Origin: an uncultured delta proteobacterium
GTDB taxonomy: Bacteria > Desulfobacterota > Desulfomonilia > Desulfomonilales > Desulfomonilaceae
Assembly: GCA_963789265.1 (NCBI GenBank)
Contig: CAWBKB010000001.1
Location: forward strand, 416,001 to 480,000
Reading direction: 5' to 3'
Length of the DNA stretch: 64,000 bases
Shown here in pieces: positions 1 to 10,489 of this stretch; the stretch's first letter is position 1; each line of letters opens with the position of its first letter. Below the pieces are notes generated by a model. It did no database searches, was not told the origin of the DNA, and saw only the letters and a program-made list of their open reading frames with translations. The position numbers and the translations under genes are program-made.

Positions 1-8
1 CGTTAGAT

Positions 9-732
9 ATGGAAACCGTAGGGTCTCTTGCAAGCGGCGAGATACCGGACAGTGAGGCGGATTTCGAAGACATTATGACCCTGGTGGACGCCATGATCGG
101 CCTGAAGGAGCCTCAAGAGACCGGGCGAGTCAATAGGATGGACGAAATTATCAATGCCGCCCAGAAAGTGTTTGCGGAGAAGGATTACCGCCGGGCCAGG
201 ATCTCAGAAATAGCCAAGCTGGTCGGCATCTCGGACGCTACTGTCTACGAGTACTTTCGGAACAAGGAAGACATACTGTTGTCCCTCGCGGAAAAGCGCT
301 TCGACACCTACTTGCTGGATGTTTCAAACGTATTCGAAATCAAGAACCCGGTCCGCAAGCTTCGCAGGTTGATCAAGTACCATTTCGGCATCTTCCTCAG
401 TCAACACGAATTCTTGAAGATCTTTCTGTTGCAGCTCCAGCTCAATAGATGCTTCTACGGGTCAAAAGCGTTCGACGCGTTCCGCTCGTACCTGCAGCGT
501 GATTGAGAATGTAATCCAAGAGGGAAAAGAAGCGGGTATTTTCTCATCAGCGGTCAACAAACGGGTCTTCAGAAACATGTTTCTGGGTGCATTCAGCCAC
601 TTGGCGCTGCGTTGGCTCATCGTGCGCGAATCCACCGACACTGACAGGATGGAGGAGATAAATGAGGTAACTGACCTGCTCGCGTCGGCTGTGACAGTGC
701 AGCCGGTTCGAGACCAGCCGGCACAGGATTGA
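9..732 (+). CDS. TetR/AcrR-family regulator (likely 5'-truncated by the window; apparent +1 frameshift near 491)
   Basis: HTH segment IINAAQKVFAEKDYRRARISEIAKLVGISDATVYEYF; C-terminal part continues in ORF 499-732; removing one C at GTACC restores RSYCSVIENV. Confidence 0.85.
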
Positions 733-778
733 CTCGACTGAATTCGAAGATAGGGCTTCAGAAATTCCGGGTACAAGG

Positions 779-1328
779 AATTCCGGGTACACCATACTCA
801 ATTCCCTTTTGAAGTTCCTTTTGGTACGGGTTTCCGCATGACGAAAATAGGCCGTAATTCTGCGATTGCCTCGCTGTATGACGTGATGAGGCATTCTCGG
901 AGCCACCCCTCGTGCTGCCTGACCGAAAGGCGTGCCTCATACCAACTCCCATAGCTAGAAAGCTACAACGAAGCATGAAAACGTCAGTAGGACCGGCATC
1001 TTGCCGGTCGGTAACAGGACGTTTTCATAGGATTTGCTTTCGCACAAGTGGCACCGTGTTTCCGGTAGGGGCGGGTTTCAAACCCGCCCTTACATATCGT
1101 CATGCCCGCATAGGCGGGCATTTGTAGGGGCGAATGGCATTCGCCCTGGGCGACCGCCGGTCGCCCCTACAGTCCCCGGATCGAAGTCCGGAGTGATCTC
1201 GCGGAACGCGGGATAGGCAGGACGCCTGCCCCACCATATCCTCGCAGGGTTATCACTTGTTTGATGGCGCACTGGTATTAGAGAATAAGATTCGTTTGTC
1301 AACAATCAAGTATGGTGTACCCGGAAGT
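779..1328. mobile_element. Non-autonomous element with ~25-bp TIRs, carrying the 5' end of a RAYT/Y1 transposase and internal GTAG-REP hairpins
   Basis: Ends AATTCCGGGTACACCATACTCAATT and AATCAAGTATGGTGTACCCGGAAGT; minus-strand remnant APRMPHHVIQRGNRR; homologous to 1924-2130. Confidence 0.7.
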
Positions 1329-1359
1329 ATCAGACGCTCATTTCTTTCGTCCAGGATGC

Positions 1360-1815
1360 TTACGGCTCCTTTCCTATTATCGCCCTGGCGGCCAAAGCGG
1401 TGATTATCCCGTAGGGCAGATTTATCAGCAGCAGGTAGACTGTGAACACCGGCCCCCCAAACTGAAGCCCGAAATACCCTGCGCCCCTCATCGGCAGGAA
1501 GATCAAAAACAACGCCAGCACCGGTGCGAGGAAGTATAGAAGACCGAACAGGTAGAGTCGCTTCCAGGCGGTCTTGATAAGGAGCCCGAACGGGATGCCC
1601 CACAGCCCGCCCCAGAAGAGCGGCCTGTATACATCCGGCGCTTTCAAGGAGATCGGGCCCTTTACCCCGAATATTGCGCTAACCCCGAACCCAAACAGGA
1701 TGTGGCTGAAAAGGACCACGGCCAGTCCGCCTACAACCCCCGCCGTGAAGCAGATTGCCACCCGTTGTATCAGGGTTAAACCTTTTCCCATCACGTTCAA
1801 ACCTTTTTCGTCCAT
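1360..1815 (-). CDS. Hypothetical integral membrane protein (~4 TM)
   Basis: Hydrophobic ORF with YRPLFWGGLWG motif; RBS AAGGGGG before ATG 1815. Confidence 0.75.
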   Translation of the reverse strand: MDEKGLNVMGKGLTLIQRVAICFTAGVVGGLAVVLFSHILFGFGVSAIFGVKGPISLKAPDVYRPLFWGGLWGIPFGLLIKTAWKRLYLFGLLYFLAPVLALFLIFLPMRGAGYFGLQFGGPVFTVYLLLINLPYGIITALAARAIIGKEP

Positions 1816-1923
1816 GTTCAAACCCCCTTTATTGGTGCGCCACAAGAAGGCCTTGCAGAAGGTTGCCAGCCCATATACCATGCTCATACGGTAAACTGCG
1901 AAAACCTCTTAATTATCTATAGG

Positions 1924-2130
1924 AATTCCGGGTACACCATGCTCAATTCCCTTTGGAAGTTCCTTTCGGTCCGGGTTTCCTCATGACGAAAAAAGGTCGG
2001 CAGTCTGCGATTGCCGCGCCGTATGACGTGATGAGGCATTCTCGGAGCCACCGCTCGTGCTACTTGACCCAAAGGCATATCAGAGAATAAGACTGGTTTG
2101 TCAACAATTAAATGTGGTGTACCCGGAACT
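1924..2130. mobile_element. 207-bp RAYT-derived MITE
   Basis: TIRs AATTCCGGGTACACCATGCTCAATT / AATTAAATGTGGTGTACCCGGAACT; internal remnant QVARAVAPRMPHHVIRRGNRRLPTFF. Confidence 0.75.
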
Positions 2131-2142
2131 CCCATTTTCTTC

Positions 2143-2186
2143 TTGACACTCGGCCGGCAAAGTTTTACACTTCGTAATATGTCGAA
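2143..2186 (+). promoter_or_regulatory. Sigma70 promoter and probable ArsR operator
   Basis: TTGACA(2143)-17 bp-TACACT(2166); inverted repeat TTCG-TAATATGT-CGAA (2171-2186) over ATG 2179. Confidence 0.6.
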
Positions 2187-2556
2187 TAATAGAACCGTAA
2201 ACCTGCAGCGATGCGCCGACATGTTCAAAGCGCTGGGCAATTCCCATCGACTGGCCATCTTTCTCAGGCTCATCTCCTGTTGCCCTCCGGGCACCCAGTG
2301 GGTGGAAGGGCCTGAATCGCGGCGGGTCGTGGGTCAACTGGGTGAAGAACTGGACATTGCCCCGTCGACGCTTTCTCACCACATCAAAGAACTTCGCACA
2401 GCCGGACTCATCCGTGCAGAAAGGCGAGGCAAACAAATCGAATGCTCGGTCGATGCGAAGGCGCTGGACACCTTGATTGATCTTTTGGCAGGTCAAAGAT
2501 CGGATGATTCACCTGCGGGTCAGAACCGTTGCCGTACGTGCGAAGAGGCGGACTGA
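2179..2556 (+). CDS. arsR: ArsR/SmtB transcriptional repressor
   Basis: FKALGNSHRLAI...APSTLSHHIKELRTAGLI; CC pair and C-terminal CRTC; upstream of arsM. Confidence 0.88.
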   Translation: MSNNRTVNLQRCADMFKALGNSHRLAIFLRLISCCPPGTQWVEGPESRRVVGQLGEELDIAPSTLSHHIKELRTAGLIRAERRGKQIECSVDAKALDTLIDLLAGQRSDDSPAGQNRCRTCEEAD

Positions 2557-2717
2557 AGCTCCGATCATCAGGTCACTTCACTCCTCAAAATTCCTGAACA
2601 TAGGTAGCACAGGTTTCTGTCCGGCCTACTCACGTGGATACGTTGGTCCGCTTGAAGGGTCGTGTCAGCGCAGAGGAGTTCTTTATCTTTATCACCCGGA
2701 AAGGGGGACGATCACAA

Positions 2718-3245
2718 ATGCTTTCAACAAGTGCAGTATCAAAGGACCTGGGCCGCATGATGGAACTGGCTCAACTGGGATTCCATTGCAGCGACATACT
2801 TGTCTTCATGGGCCTGGAGGCTCAGGGGAAGGTCAATCCCGATGCCGTTCGACTTGCGTCTGCTCTCGCCGGCGGTGTCGGCTCGTCCGGAGATATCTGT
2901 GGGGCATTCACAGGAGGTGCTTGTCTTCTCGGACTCTATGCCGGCAGGGGCGTATCCGACGAAGAAGAGGACCCCAGGCTCCGCATGATGATCTCAGAGC
3001 TATTGGACTGGTTCTCGGCTGAGCAGGAAAAGCGATACGGCGGGATTCATTGCAGCGAAATCACCGAGGATGATCCTCAAAACATGCCTATGAGATGCCC
3101 TCAGATTGTCGCGGCTGTTTACCGCAGAGTAAGGGCAATCCTTGACCAAAATGGCTTCGACTGGAAAGTTGGACCAAAGCCGGTGAGACGAAGGGAAACA
3201 GCGTCCTCTTGTAGCGCTGCCTGCCCGGTTGCAGCGAGGCTGTGA
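2718..3245 (+). CDS. C-GCAxxG-C-C family putative redox protein
   Basis: FHCS...ICGAFTGG...IHCSEI...RCPQIV pattern. Confidence 0.85.
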   Translation: MLSTSAVSKDLGRMMELAQLGFHCSDILVFMGLEAQGKVNPDAVRLASALAGGVGSSGDICGAFTGGACLLGLYAGRGVSDEEEDPRLRMMISELLDWFSAEQEKRYGGIHCSEITEDDPQNMPMRCPQIVAAVYRRVRAILDQNGFDWKVGPKPVRRRETASSCSAACPVAARL

Positions 3246-3274
3246 CCAAAGCGCTCATTTGATAGGAGTACCAG

Positions 3275-4079
3275 ATGAAAGATACAGAACCGGTTGAAAT
3301 TAGGGAGTCCGTGAGGAAAAAATACGGTAAAATAGCGCATCAGAGGCCCTCATGCGGGTGCGGGCCCCCAAGCTGCTGCGGAGGCCCTGCATCCGGACCT
3401 GACGGTTCGTCCGCAATCCGGGTGGGATATTCGCGGGAAGATTTAGAAACCGCGCCATTGGGGTCCGAATTGGGGCTTGGGTGCGGCAATCCGCAGGCCG
3501 TGGCCCATTTGCAGCCCGGAGAAATCGTTTCTGGATCTCGGTAGCGGAGCCGGATTTGACAGTTTTCTGGCGGCCAAAAAAGTAGGACCAACCGGACATG
3601 TCATCGGCGTGGACATGACCCCGGAAATGCTGGACAAAGCGCGGGACTTCGCGAAAAACGATTCGTACCCGAATGTGGAATTCCGACTGGGAGAGATCGA
3701 AAACCTCCCGTTGGCGGATGCCAGTGTGGACGTGATCATTTCCAATTGTGTGATAAATCTTTCCATAGACAAACTGCGTGTCTTCCGCGAGGCATTCCGC
3801 GTTTTGAAGCCGGGAGGCCGACTGGCCATTTCCGACATAGTCGCTATTGGAGAATTGCCCGATAATATCCGTAGGGATCTCGATCTGTATGCAAGTTGTA
3901 TTTCAGGAGCCATCAGCCTTGCCGAAATTGAAGGGATGCTTCAACAATCGGGGTTCCAGGACATACGTATTCGATGCAAAGACCGGAGCGGCGAGTACAT
4001 TAGTCACTGGGCCAAAGCAGACAATATCAAGGATCTGATTGCCTCGGCGTCTATTGAAGCGGTGAAGCCAACGCAGTAA
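3275..4079 (+). CDS. arsM: Arsenite S-adenosylmethionine methyltransferase (apparent +1 frameshift near 3529)
   Basis: LGLGCGNP, LDLGSGAGFD, SNCVINLS, ASCISGA motifs split across ORFs 3275-3544 and 3477-4079. Confidence 0.9.
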
Positions 4080-4253
4080 CCGGAGAGACTTCCAAACAAA
4101 AAGATACGGTGCAGGAGCGGAACGCGTGGCACGGTATGTAAAAGCACCTTTTACAGCCAGGCCGTAAGCCCGCTCCTGCTCGGCCAGCCGAAAAGCAGGG
4201 AACAGTCTCAGGGAAAATGGGCGGCGACAGTTGAAAAGATGGCCCTGGAAGCC

Positions 4254-4301
4254 GGCAGTCCCAAGGGGTTTAGAACCCCTGTCTCCGCCGTGAGAGGGCG
4301 G
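4254..4301 (-). repeat. Copy of the 3' part of tRNA-Glu (att-like), 1 mismatch
   Basis: GGCAGTCCCAAGGGGTTTAGAACCCCTGTCTCCGCCGTGAGAGGGCGG matches 15904-15951; IHF consensus TATCAATCACTTG at 4317-4329. Confidence 0.92.
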
Positions 4302-4387
4302 GCCAACAAATAATAATATCAATCACTTGACCAATTTGCTCGAATTCCGGCGCTCTCAACATCCGTCATAGTAACCTGAAATCCATC

Positions 4388-4610
4388 TTACAAGTCACGC
4401 AAGAGCAGCTCATACTCTGCATGAGAACCGACCCAGAACTACACTATAGCATCATCATCCTTCAGGCCCAAAGCTCTCCAACCGATACCGACACGAATGG
4501 GATAAACGGGCATGCGCTTGCCGACGAGCTTAAACTTTACGTTGGGATGGTTAGGATTTTCTTTCCATAACTTGTAGTTTTTGCGGCCAAGATGACGATG
4601 CACCTCAAAA
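4388..4610 (-). pseudogene. RelE/ParE-like toxin remnant with internal TAG and no N-terminus
   Basis: RKNYKLWKENPNHPNVKFK...IRVGIGWRALG...AIV*FWVGSHAEYELLLRDL; the stop sits where Trp is usual (WFWIGSH). Confidence 0.7.
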
Positions 4611-4616
4611 TTGGAA

Positions 4617-5102
4617 TTATCGAGTTCCCCATTGTGTGTCGAGATGCGGATCGTATTCTTGATCGTCGTCCGGTCGAAACCCTTTCTCATATTCAAAAAG
4701 ATCAACCACGTGCCCCTGCATATATGGACGGCCAGTCCTAGGGCAACGGTGAAATTCCCAAGTGTGTTCAAGATATGCCTTGATAAGTTTACTCCTAGGG
4801 CTACGCTCAGGCCGGTAACTGTACGTCAAATTCATTTTTGTCTTGGCAATCGTTTTCTCCTCCCCCTCATGCACCCGAATATCGAAGTAATGGTGTTGCT
4901 CGTCAAAAAACTTGCGCTTCGTAATCTGATGATCCTCGAAATCCGCATATCCCTCCCATCGCTTCGTTCCGAATTCCATGTAAAAACCTTCTTCGGCAAT
5001 GATAGGAAGAAAAGCTGAGAGGCCCGCCTGTAGATCGTGGAGCCGAGCCCATTCCAGAATTATCTCTCTCGCCTCTTTTTCCGTAACAGGAGCCTGTGTC
5101 AT
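4617..5102 (-). CDS. NTF2/SnoaL-like fold protein
   Basis: 161-aa ORF; GGAGGG RBS; WEGYADF...HTWEF pattern typical of NTF2-like proteins. Confidence 0.6.
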   Translation of the reverse strand: MTQAPVTEKEAREIILEWARLHDLQAGLSAFLPIIAEEGFYMEFGTKRWEGYADFEDHQITKRKFFDEQHHYFDIRVHEGEEKTIAKTKMNLTYSYRPERSPRSKLIKAYLEHTWEFHRCPRTGRPYMQGHVVDLFEYEKGFRPDDDQEYDPHLDTQWGTR

Positions 5103-5441
5103 GAGAATTCCCTCCACAGGCTGATAATACACCAGGAGTCGGAGCAGACGCAAGTTTGCCGCCAGCAGACAGTCCGGAGTTGTCACAGGATACTTGGACT
5201 GGAATCATGCGGTGGACCTGCCCCCTTATTCGATAAGTCCAATTGCGCTGTTGACTAGCGCTGTGCAAATGCCGAAGTTTTGTTAATAGGGTTTCGTCGG
5301 CTTCGCGCCAAACCGAGGATATGTGCCTTGGATGGCAATTGCGGGAGCGCTTCGCTCTGCCGACGATCTCACTGCGAAGGATCTTGAACAAGGCACCGAT
5401 AGCACGGCGTCCGGCAAATAATACAGAGAAAGGAGTTAACA

Positions 5442-5852
5442 ATGGCCGCCATAGATAACAGGACATTGGTTCGTTCACGCATCGAAAAGGGATGCAACCA
5501 GCACGATCTGGATGCTGCTTACGAGTTGGTCAATGAAGACTACATACTGCACGACCCAGCGATGCCGGACTCTCAAGGCCGCGAGGCTCATAAAGAAATG
5601 TGCAAGGGTTTTGCTGATGCAATGCGGGACTCCCATTGCACCATAGAAGACCAAGTCGCGGAGGGAGATAAAGTGGTGACACGCTGGACATTCTCGGCCT
5701 GTCAGACCAAAGACCTGCCAGAATTGCCGTCCAAGGGCAAGTGCTTCAAGGTGGACGGGATCACCATCAGCCGAATCGCTGACGGAAAGGTTGCGGAAGA
5801 ATGGGTGAACATGGACGCTTTGGGCATGCGGCAACAACTCGGGAGCGCCTAA
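5442..5852 (+). CDS. SnoaL-like ester cyclase
   Basis: TIEDQVAEGDKVVTRWT...GITISRIADGKVAEEW; AGGAG RBS. Confidence 0.88.
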   Translation: MAAIDNRTLVRSRIEKGCNQHDLDAAYELVNEDYILHDPAMPDSQGREAHKEMCKGFADAMRDSHCTIEDQVAEGDKVVTRWTFSACQTKDLPELPSKGKCFKVDGITISRIADGKVAEEWVNMDALGMRQQLGSA

Positions 5853-5880
5853 ACAACCCGGTCACTGAACCTTCCCTGTA

Positions 5881-6045
5881 AGTTTCGGGGACACCGCACT
5901 TAATTTGGGTTACGATCCGCTAATTAAGGAAGGTGTCCCCAAATCTCTCAGATCTCATTTTTGTGCAGCCATCATTGTACAAGAATTCCGGGTACACCAT
6001 ACTCAATTCCCTTTGGGGGTTCCTTTCGGTTCAGGTTTCCGCCTA
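5881..6045. repeat. Mini and partial copies of the RAYT-derived TIR element
   Basis: TTCGGGGACACC...GGTGTCCCCAAA mini element, then AATTCCGGGTACACCATACTCAATTCCC at 5984. Confidence 0.6.
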
Positions 6046-6154
6046 TGGAATACTCTGGCAAGCTCGTTTTCCTGTCTAGTTATGAAATCATCACGCCCGC
6101 GGGGCCTGCCGGTTCGTTCGTGGAGACGCAAGCTCTGATGTCGAGGTGATATGC

Positions 6155-6203
6155 TGGCAGTCCCAAGGGGTTTCGAACCCCTGTCTCCGCCGTGAGAGGG
6201 CGG
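6155..6203 (-). repeat. Exact copy of the 3' 49 nt of tRNA-Glu (att-like)
   Basis: Identical to 15903-15951; IHF-like TATCAGTCAGTTA at 6220-6232. Confidence 0.95.
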
Positions 6204-6697
6204 GCCAACATAGGTATAATATCAGTCAGTTAACTGATTTTCCCAAATTTGAGCACCCTCAACATCTCTGAATGTAACCCGAAATTACTCGACATTCAAG
6301 TAAAACGGGGGAAAGCGGGGGTTGACCATGAGGGACAGTGACGTTGACACGGAGGAGGACCTTGAGATAGGCTTAAACGACTGCATGAAGAGGGTCCTTG
6401 CGAGGAAAAGAGACGGCGGCTACTCAATTCGCGTGTGTCGATAACGCCAGAAACCGCAGCGTGAAAGTCCGAAATATTGAGGAGCAGCTACCAAGATCTA
6501 TAAAACAGGCCCGAAAATTATTGTATGTCATTCGCGACCGTACTGAACGCTAAACGGATTCTTCCGAGGATGAGTAATCTCCGTGACTCATGGAATTGCT
6601 ATGGATGGACTGGTGAGCAGATGCTCCGGCACAATGTTGAATTCTCGTTGGTCCCCGTCACGTACAGATTTGGACGGACGGGCCATGGGGCCGAATA

Positions 6698-8473
6698 ATG
6701 ACAGACGAGGAGAAATCGAAATCTGGGCTCATTGAGGAACTGAAGTCTCTGCGACGAAGACTCGAAGCAGCCGAGGCCGAAACCGTAGACTGCCAAAGTT
6801 TGGAAGAGCGTCTCAAGGAACAAATTGATTTCGATCATCTTCTGCTCGATGCTTCACCATCCTTCTTCATCGCTGTAGACCCTCAGGGCAAGATACTCTC
6901 GGCCAATAGGGCGTTCCTGGCAATGACCGGATACGAGTTGGATGAAGTCAAAGGAGCTGATTACCTGTCTACATTTATTCCAGAGGACGAACGGGGGGAT
7001 CTGATCAAGCTGATGAGATCTATGGTACAGAGTGGGGCGCCTACAATTAACCGCAACCGTATATTGAAGAAAGATGGCACGAAATTCAGTGTCGAGTGGC
7101 ACGGCCGTCCGGTGATCAAAGCGAATGGAGAAACCGATTACTTCTTTGCCATCGGCAGTGACGTCTCTCAGCGTGATAAGTCCGAGCATGAAATCCGACA
7201 GGCTCAAGAACAGCTTGAAATCAAAGTAGAACAGCGTACAGCGGAACTCCTCATCCTCAACGAGCAACTGGAACGACAGATCTTCGAGGTGAAACGAACG
7301 GAAGAGCAGCTCAAAGAAAGTGAACGACGGTATCGCGTGCTTACGGATAGCTCGTTAACCGGGATATACATTCACCAGAATGGGCGCTTCACCTTTGTCA
7401 ATGAACGACTTGCCCAAATGCTCGGCTACTTGCCGGAGGAAATGCTCGGCGAGAGCATCTGGAAGTTCGTATACCCGGATGACAAAGAGCGCATAATGCA
7501 GACTGTCAGTGAACGAGGACAGCAGACTGCGGACGATCCACCATACGAATTCCGAGTCAGATGCAAAGATGGAAGCCTCAAATGGGTCGAGGCCCTTCCC
7601 ACTGAAATCGCGTTTCGCGGCGCAAGCGCACACATGGGAAACGTTGCGGACATTTCGGAACGGAAGCGTGTAGAGCAGGCACTAGAGGAAAAGATAAGAA
7701 CGATCGACGAGCTGTACCAGCACATTATTCAGTCCCGGCAAGTACAAGCGATCGAGGAGCATACAGCGAACGTGGCGCACGAGTTAAGACAGCCTTTGAC
7801 CATCATTGGCGGATTTGCCCGCAGGCTCAAAGCAGTTTGTGTTCCCTGCCCCAAATGCGAGAACTTTGCAAAGTCACCCGGAGACGAACTCTTTCAAATT
7901 GTGATCGATGAAGTGAAGCGCTTGGAGCGCATACTGGGGGGGCTCATCGACTTCACGAAACGGGACAAACTCGTCATTCAACCGGCCGATCCGAATTCAC
8001 TTATCGCGTACGTGCTCAGGATCAACAGAAACAGGATAGATGAGAAGAATCTACGCTTGGCGCTGAACATCGCACAGGACGTGAAAAGCGTTCCACTGGA
8101 TCAGACCCGATTTCAGCACGTACTCAGAAATCTGATCGCCAACGCGATTGAAGCGTCTCCGCCGAGTGAGACCATTCATGTGGAATCAACTATTTCCGAA
8201 CCCAGCGAAGAGGCTCGCCGCACGGGGAAACTCCAATCGAGAATCTATTACACGCTCAGGGTTCGAAACCGTGGAACACCAATTTCCAAGGACGAACTTG
8301 AGAAGATATTCAATCCCTTCTTCACCACGAAGGACTACGGAACCGGTCTCGGACTGACATTGTCGAGAAAGATCGTGGAAGATCATAATGGGTCGATTTC
8401 CGCAACATCCGACAAGGAAGGAACCGTTTTCACCGTGATGATCCCCATGCCGGAGACCGACTTTTCCACATAA
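6698..8473 (+). CDS. Cytoplasmic PAS-PAS sensor histidine kinase
   Basis: Two PAS domains, H-box VAHELRQPL, NLIANA, FNPFFTTK, GTGLGL. Confidence 0.93.
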   Translation: MTDEEKSKSGLIEELKSLRRRLEAAEAETVDCQSLEERLKEQIDFDHLLLDASPSFFIAVDPQGKILSANRAFLAMTGYELDEVKGADYLSTFIPEDERGDLIKLMRSMVQSGAPTINRNRILKKDGTKFSVEWHGRPVIKANGETDYFFAIGSDVSQRDKSEHEIRQAQEQLEIKVEQRTAELLILNEQLERQIFEVKRTEEQLKESERRYRVLTDSSLTGIYIHQNGRFTFVNERLAQMLGYLPEEMLGESIWKFVYPDDKERIMQTVSERGQQTADDPPYEFRVRCKDGSLKWVEALPTEIAFRGASAHMGNVADISERKRVEQALEEKIRTIDELYQHIIQSRQVQAIEEHTANVAHELRQPLTIIGGFARRLKAVCVPCPKCENFAKSPGDELFQIVIDEVKRLERILGGLIDFTKRDKLVIQPADPNSLIAYVLRINRNRIDEKNLRLALNIAQDVKSVPLDQTRFQHVLRNLIANAIEASPPSETIHVESTISEPSEEARRTGKLQSRIYYTLRVRNRGTPISKDELEKIFNPFFTTKDYGTGLGLTLSRKIVEDHNGSISATSDKEGTVFTVMIPMPETDFST

Positions 8474-8486
8474 GTGGAGGTTAATT

Positions 8487-8898
8487 GTGAAGAACCTCAT
8501 CGAATGGACCCCCGACCTGGCAGTCAATGTCCCTGTGATCGACGATCAGCACAAAGAGTTGTACAGCCGGATGAATGGCCTCTGTAACGCGATCATGGAA
8601 GGTAAAGGCAGGAATGAAGTGGGCTCTTTTGTACAGGTACCTCTCCGAATACACCACGTTCCACTTTGACGCCGAGGAAGCGCTCATGAGACAGCATGAG
8701 TATCCGGGTTACGACGCACAGCTAGCCGCTCATAGCCTTTTCAGAGAACGCGTTCTCAAAATGGCCGTACAAGCCGATTCCGACGTGATCGCCTCAGAAC
8801 TCGTTGTGACGGTGGTAAATGAAATGAAGAACTGGTTCTCCAATCATATACGCACCATGGACAAAAAGATCGGAGATTTCCTCGCAGCATCAGGATAG
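8487..8898 (+). CDS. Bacteriohemerythrin (apparent +1 frameshift near 8633)
   Basis: IEWTPDLAVNVPVIDDQHKEL, HFDAEEALM, H...WFSNHIRTMD. Confidence 0.88.
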
Positions 8899-8932
8899 CT
8901 CTTCGGTCACGTATGTTTCGCGATCATCGTGT

Positions 8933-10489
8933 CTATTTCAGGAGACGTTTTTGCGACCCTAGCAGCTCTTTAGCAGATGGCGGGCCCCAACTTCCCGCTT
9001 GGTATGTCTCAACCGGCGCGACACACCCGGACGGAGATTCACACGCTTCCAGCACCGGGTCAAGGAAAGCCCAGCACGACTCCACCTGATCTTCTCGCCA
9101 GAAAAGCATGTGCTCGCCTTGCACGCAATCGAGGAGGGCCTTTTCGTACGCGCCCAGCCTCGGCCCGGAATGGTCTTCCTTGTAATCAAAATCCATGGTG
9201 ACGAGTTTGAGGTTCACTTCAGCTCCCGGCTGTTTCGTTTGGAAGGTAAGTTGGATCTTCTCTTCAGGTTGGATGCGAATGATGAGCCGGTTGGCGATGA
9301 TGACCTCGCCGATCGCTCCTCGGAACATCGAGTGCGCAACTCTCTTGAACTCGATAATGATCTCGGTAACTTTCCGTGGCAGGCGCTTGCCGGAGACAAG
9401 GTAGAACGGCACGCCATGCCAGCGTCCATTATCCACGAAGAGCTTCATCATAGCGTACGTAGGCGTCGTCGAACCGTTCCGGACTCCCGGCTCTTCTCGA
9501 TACCCGGGCACTCTGACCTCGTTTATTACTCCCGGACCATATTGACCCAACGCAAGGCTATCTCGCAACCGGCTCAAGTCCAGAGGCCGAATTGACTTAA
9601 ACACTTTTGATTTCTCTTCTCGCACGCACTCGGAGTCGAACCGTGCGGGTGATTCCATGGCCACCAGTGAGAGCAATTGCATCATATGGTTCTGAAACAT
9701 GTCTCTCAGCACGCCCGAACCATCATAGTAAGCCGCACGACCCTCGACTCCCAGGCTCTCGGCCGCAGTTACGTGCACGTGATCGATATACAAACGGTTC
9801 CACAACGGCTCGAAGATGGCATTGGCAAACCGAAAGACCAACACGTTCTGAACCGTTTCTTTGGCGAGGTAGTGGTCGATACGAAAGATCTGCTCCTCCC
9901 GGAAGTTTGCGCGCAACGATTCATTGAGTCGGCGGGACGATTGAAGGTCCCTTCCAAAAGGTTTTTCTACCACGATCCTGGTCGAACCGTTGCCGGATTG
10001 ACCTTCCGATGAGAGGCCGACTTCACTCAAACCAGACGAGATTCTCTCGTACGCAGCGGGCGGGACCGCCAGATAGAATATGCGATTGCCTAGGGTGCCG
10101 CGTGCGCTGTCAAGGCTAGCGAGAGTATCGCGGAGCCCTCGGAATGATTCAGTGGAATCGTAATCGAGTTGGTGATAGAAGAGAGAAGCTGCAAAGTCGG
10201 ACCAGCCTGAGAGGTCGCTCTGACCCGAATCCGAAAGCTTTGCCCTAACCGCCTTCCGGAAATCATCACTGGTCATGGGGGACCGCCCAGATCCGATCAC
10301 CAGGAACGGTTGAGGCAAACGTTTCCGCTGATGCAAATTGAACAGAGCAGGCGCCAATTTTCTGAAGCTCAAATCACCGGTAGCCCCGAAAATTACCAGA
10401 GCGCACGGATCACCGGGAACACGTGATTGTGCAAGGATGTCACCGCCTATCGTATTGGAATTACTCGCGCTCATGTCTCGGGCTTCCAT
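8933..10489 (-). CDS. zwf: Glucose-6-phosphate 1-dehydrogenase
   Basis: GATGDL, EKPFG, RIDHYLAKE, RDMFQNH motifs. Confidence 0.96.
   Translation of the reverse strand: MEARDMSASNSNTIGGDILAQSRVPGDPCALVIFGATGDLSFRKLAPALFNLHQRKRLPQPFLVIGSGRSPMTSDDFRKAVRAKLSDSGQSDLSGWSDFAASLFYHQLDYDSTESFRGLRDTLASLDSARGTLGNRIFYLAVPPAAYERISSGLSEVGLSSEGQSGNGSTRIVVEKPFGRDLQSSRRLNESLRANFREEQIFRIDHYLAKETVQNVLVFRFANAIFEPLWNRLYIDHVHVTAAESLGVEGRAAYYDGSGVLRDMFQNHMMQLLSLVAMESPARFDSECVREEKSKVFKSIRPLDLSRLRDSLALGQYGPGVINEVRVPGYREEPGVRNGSTTPTYAMMKLFVDNGRWHGVPFYLVSGKRLPRKVTEIIIEFKRVAHSMFRGAIGEVIIANRLIIRIQPEEKIQLTFQTKQPGAEVNLKLVTMDFDYKEDHSGPRLGAYEKALLDCVQGEHMLFWREDQVESCWAFLDPVLEACESPSGCVAPVETYQAGSWGPPSAKELLGSQKRLLK

Noticed and set aside
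4439..4441. In-frame TAG as pyrrolysine recoding
   Set aside because: The position corresponds to a usual Trp (TGG to TAG) in an already truncated gene
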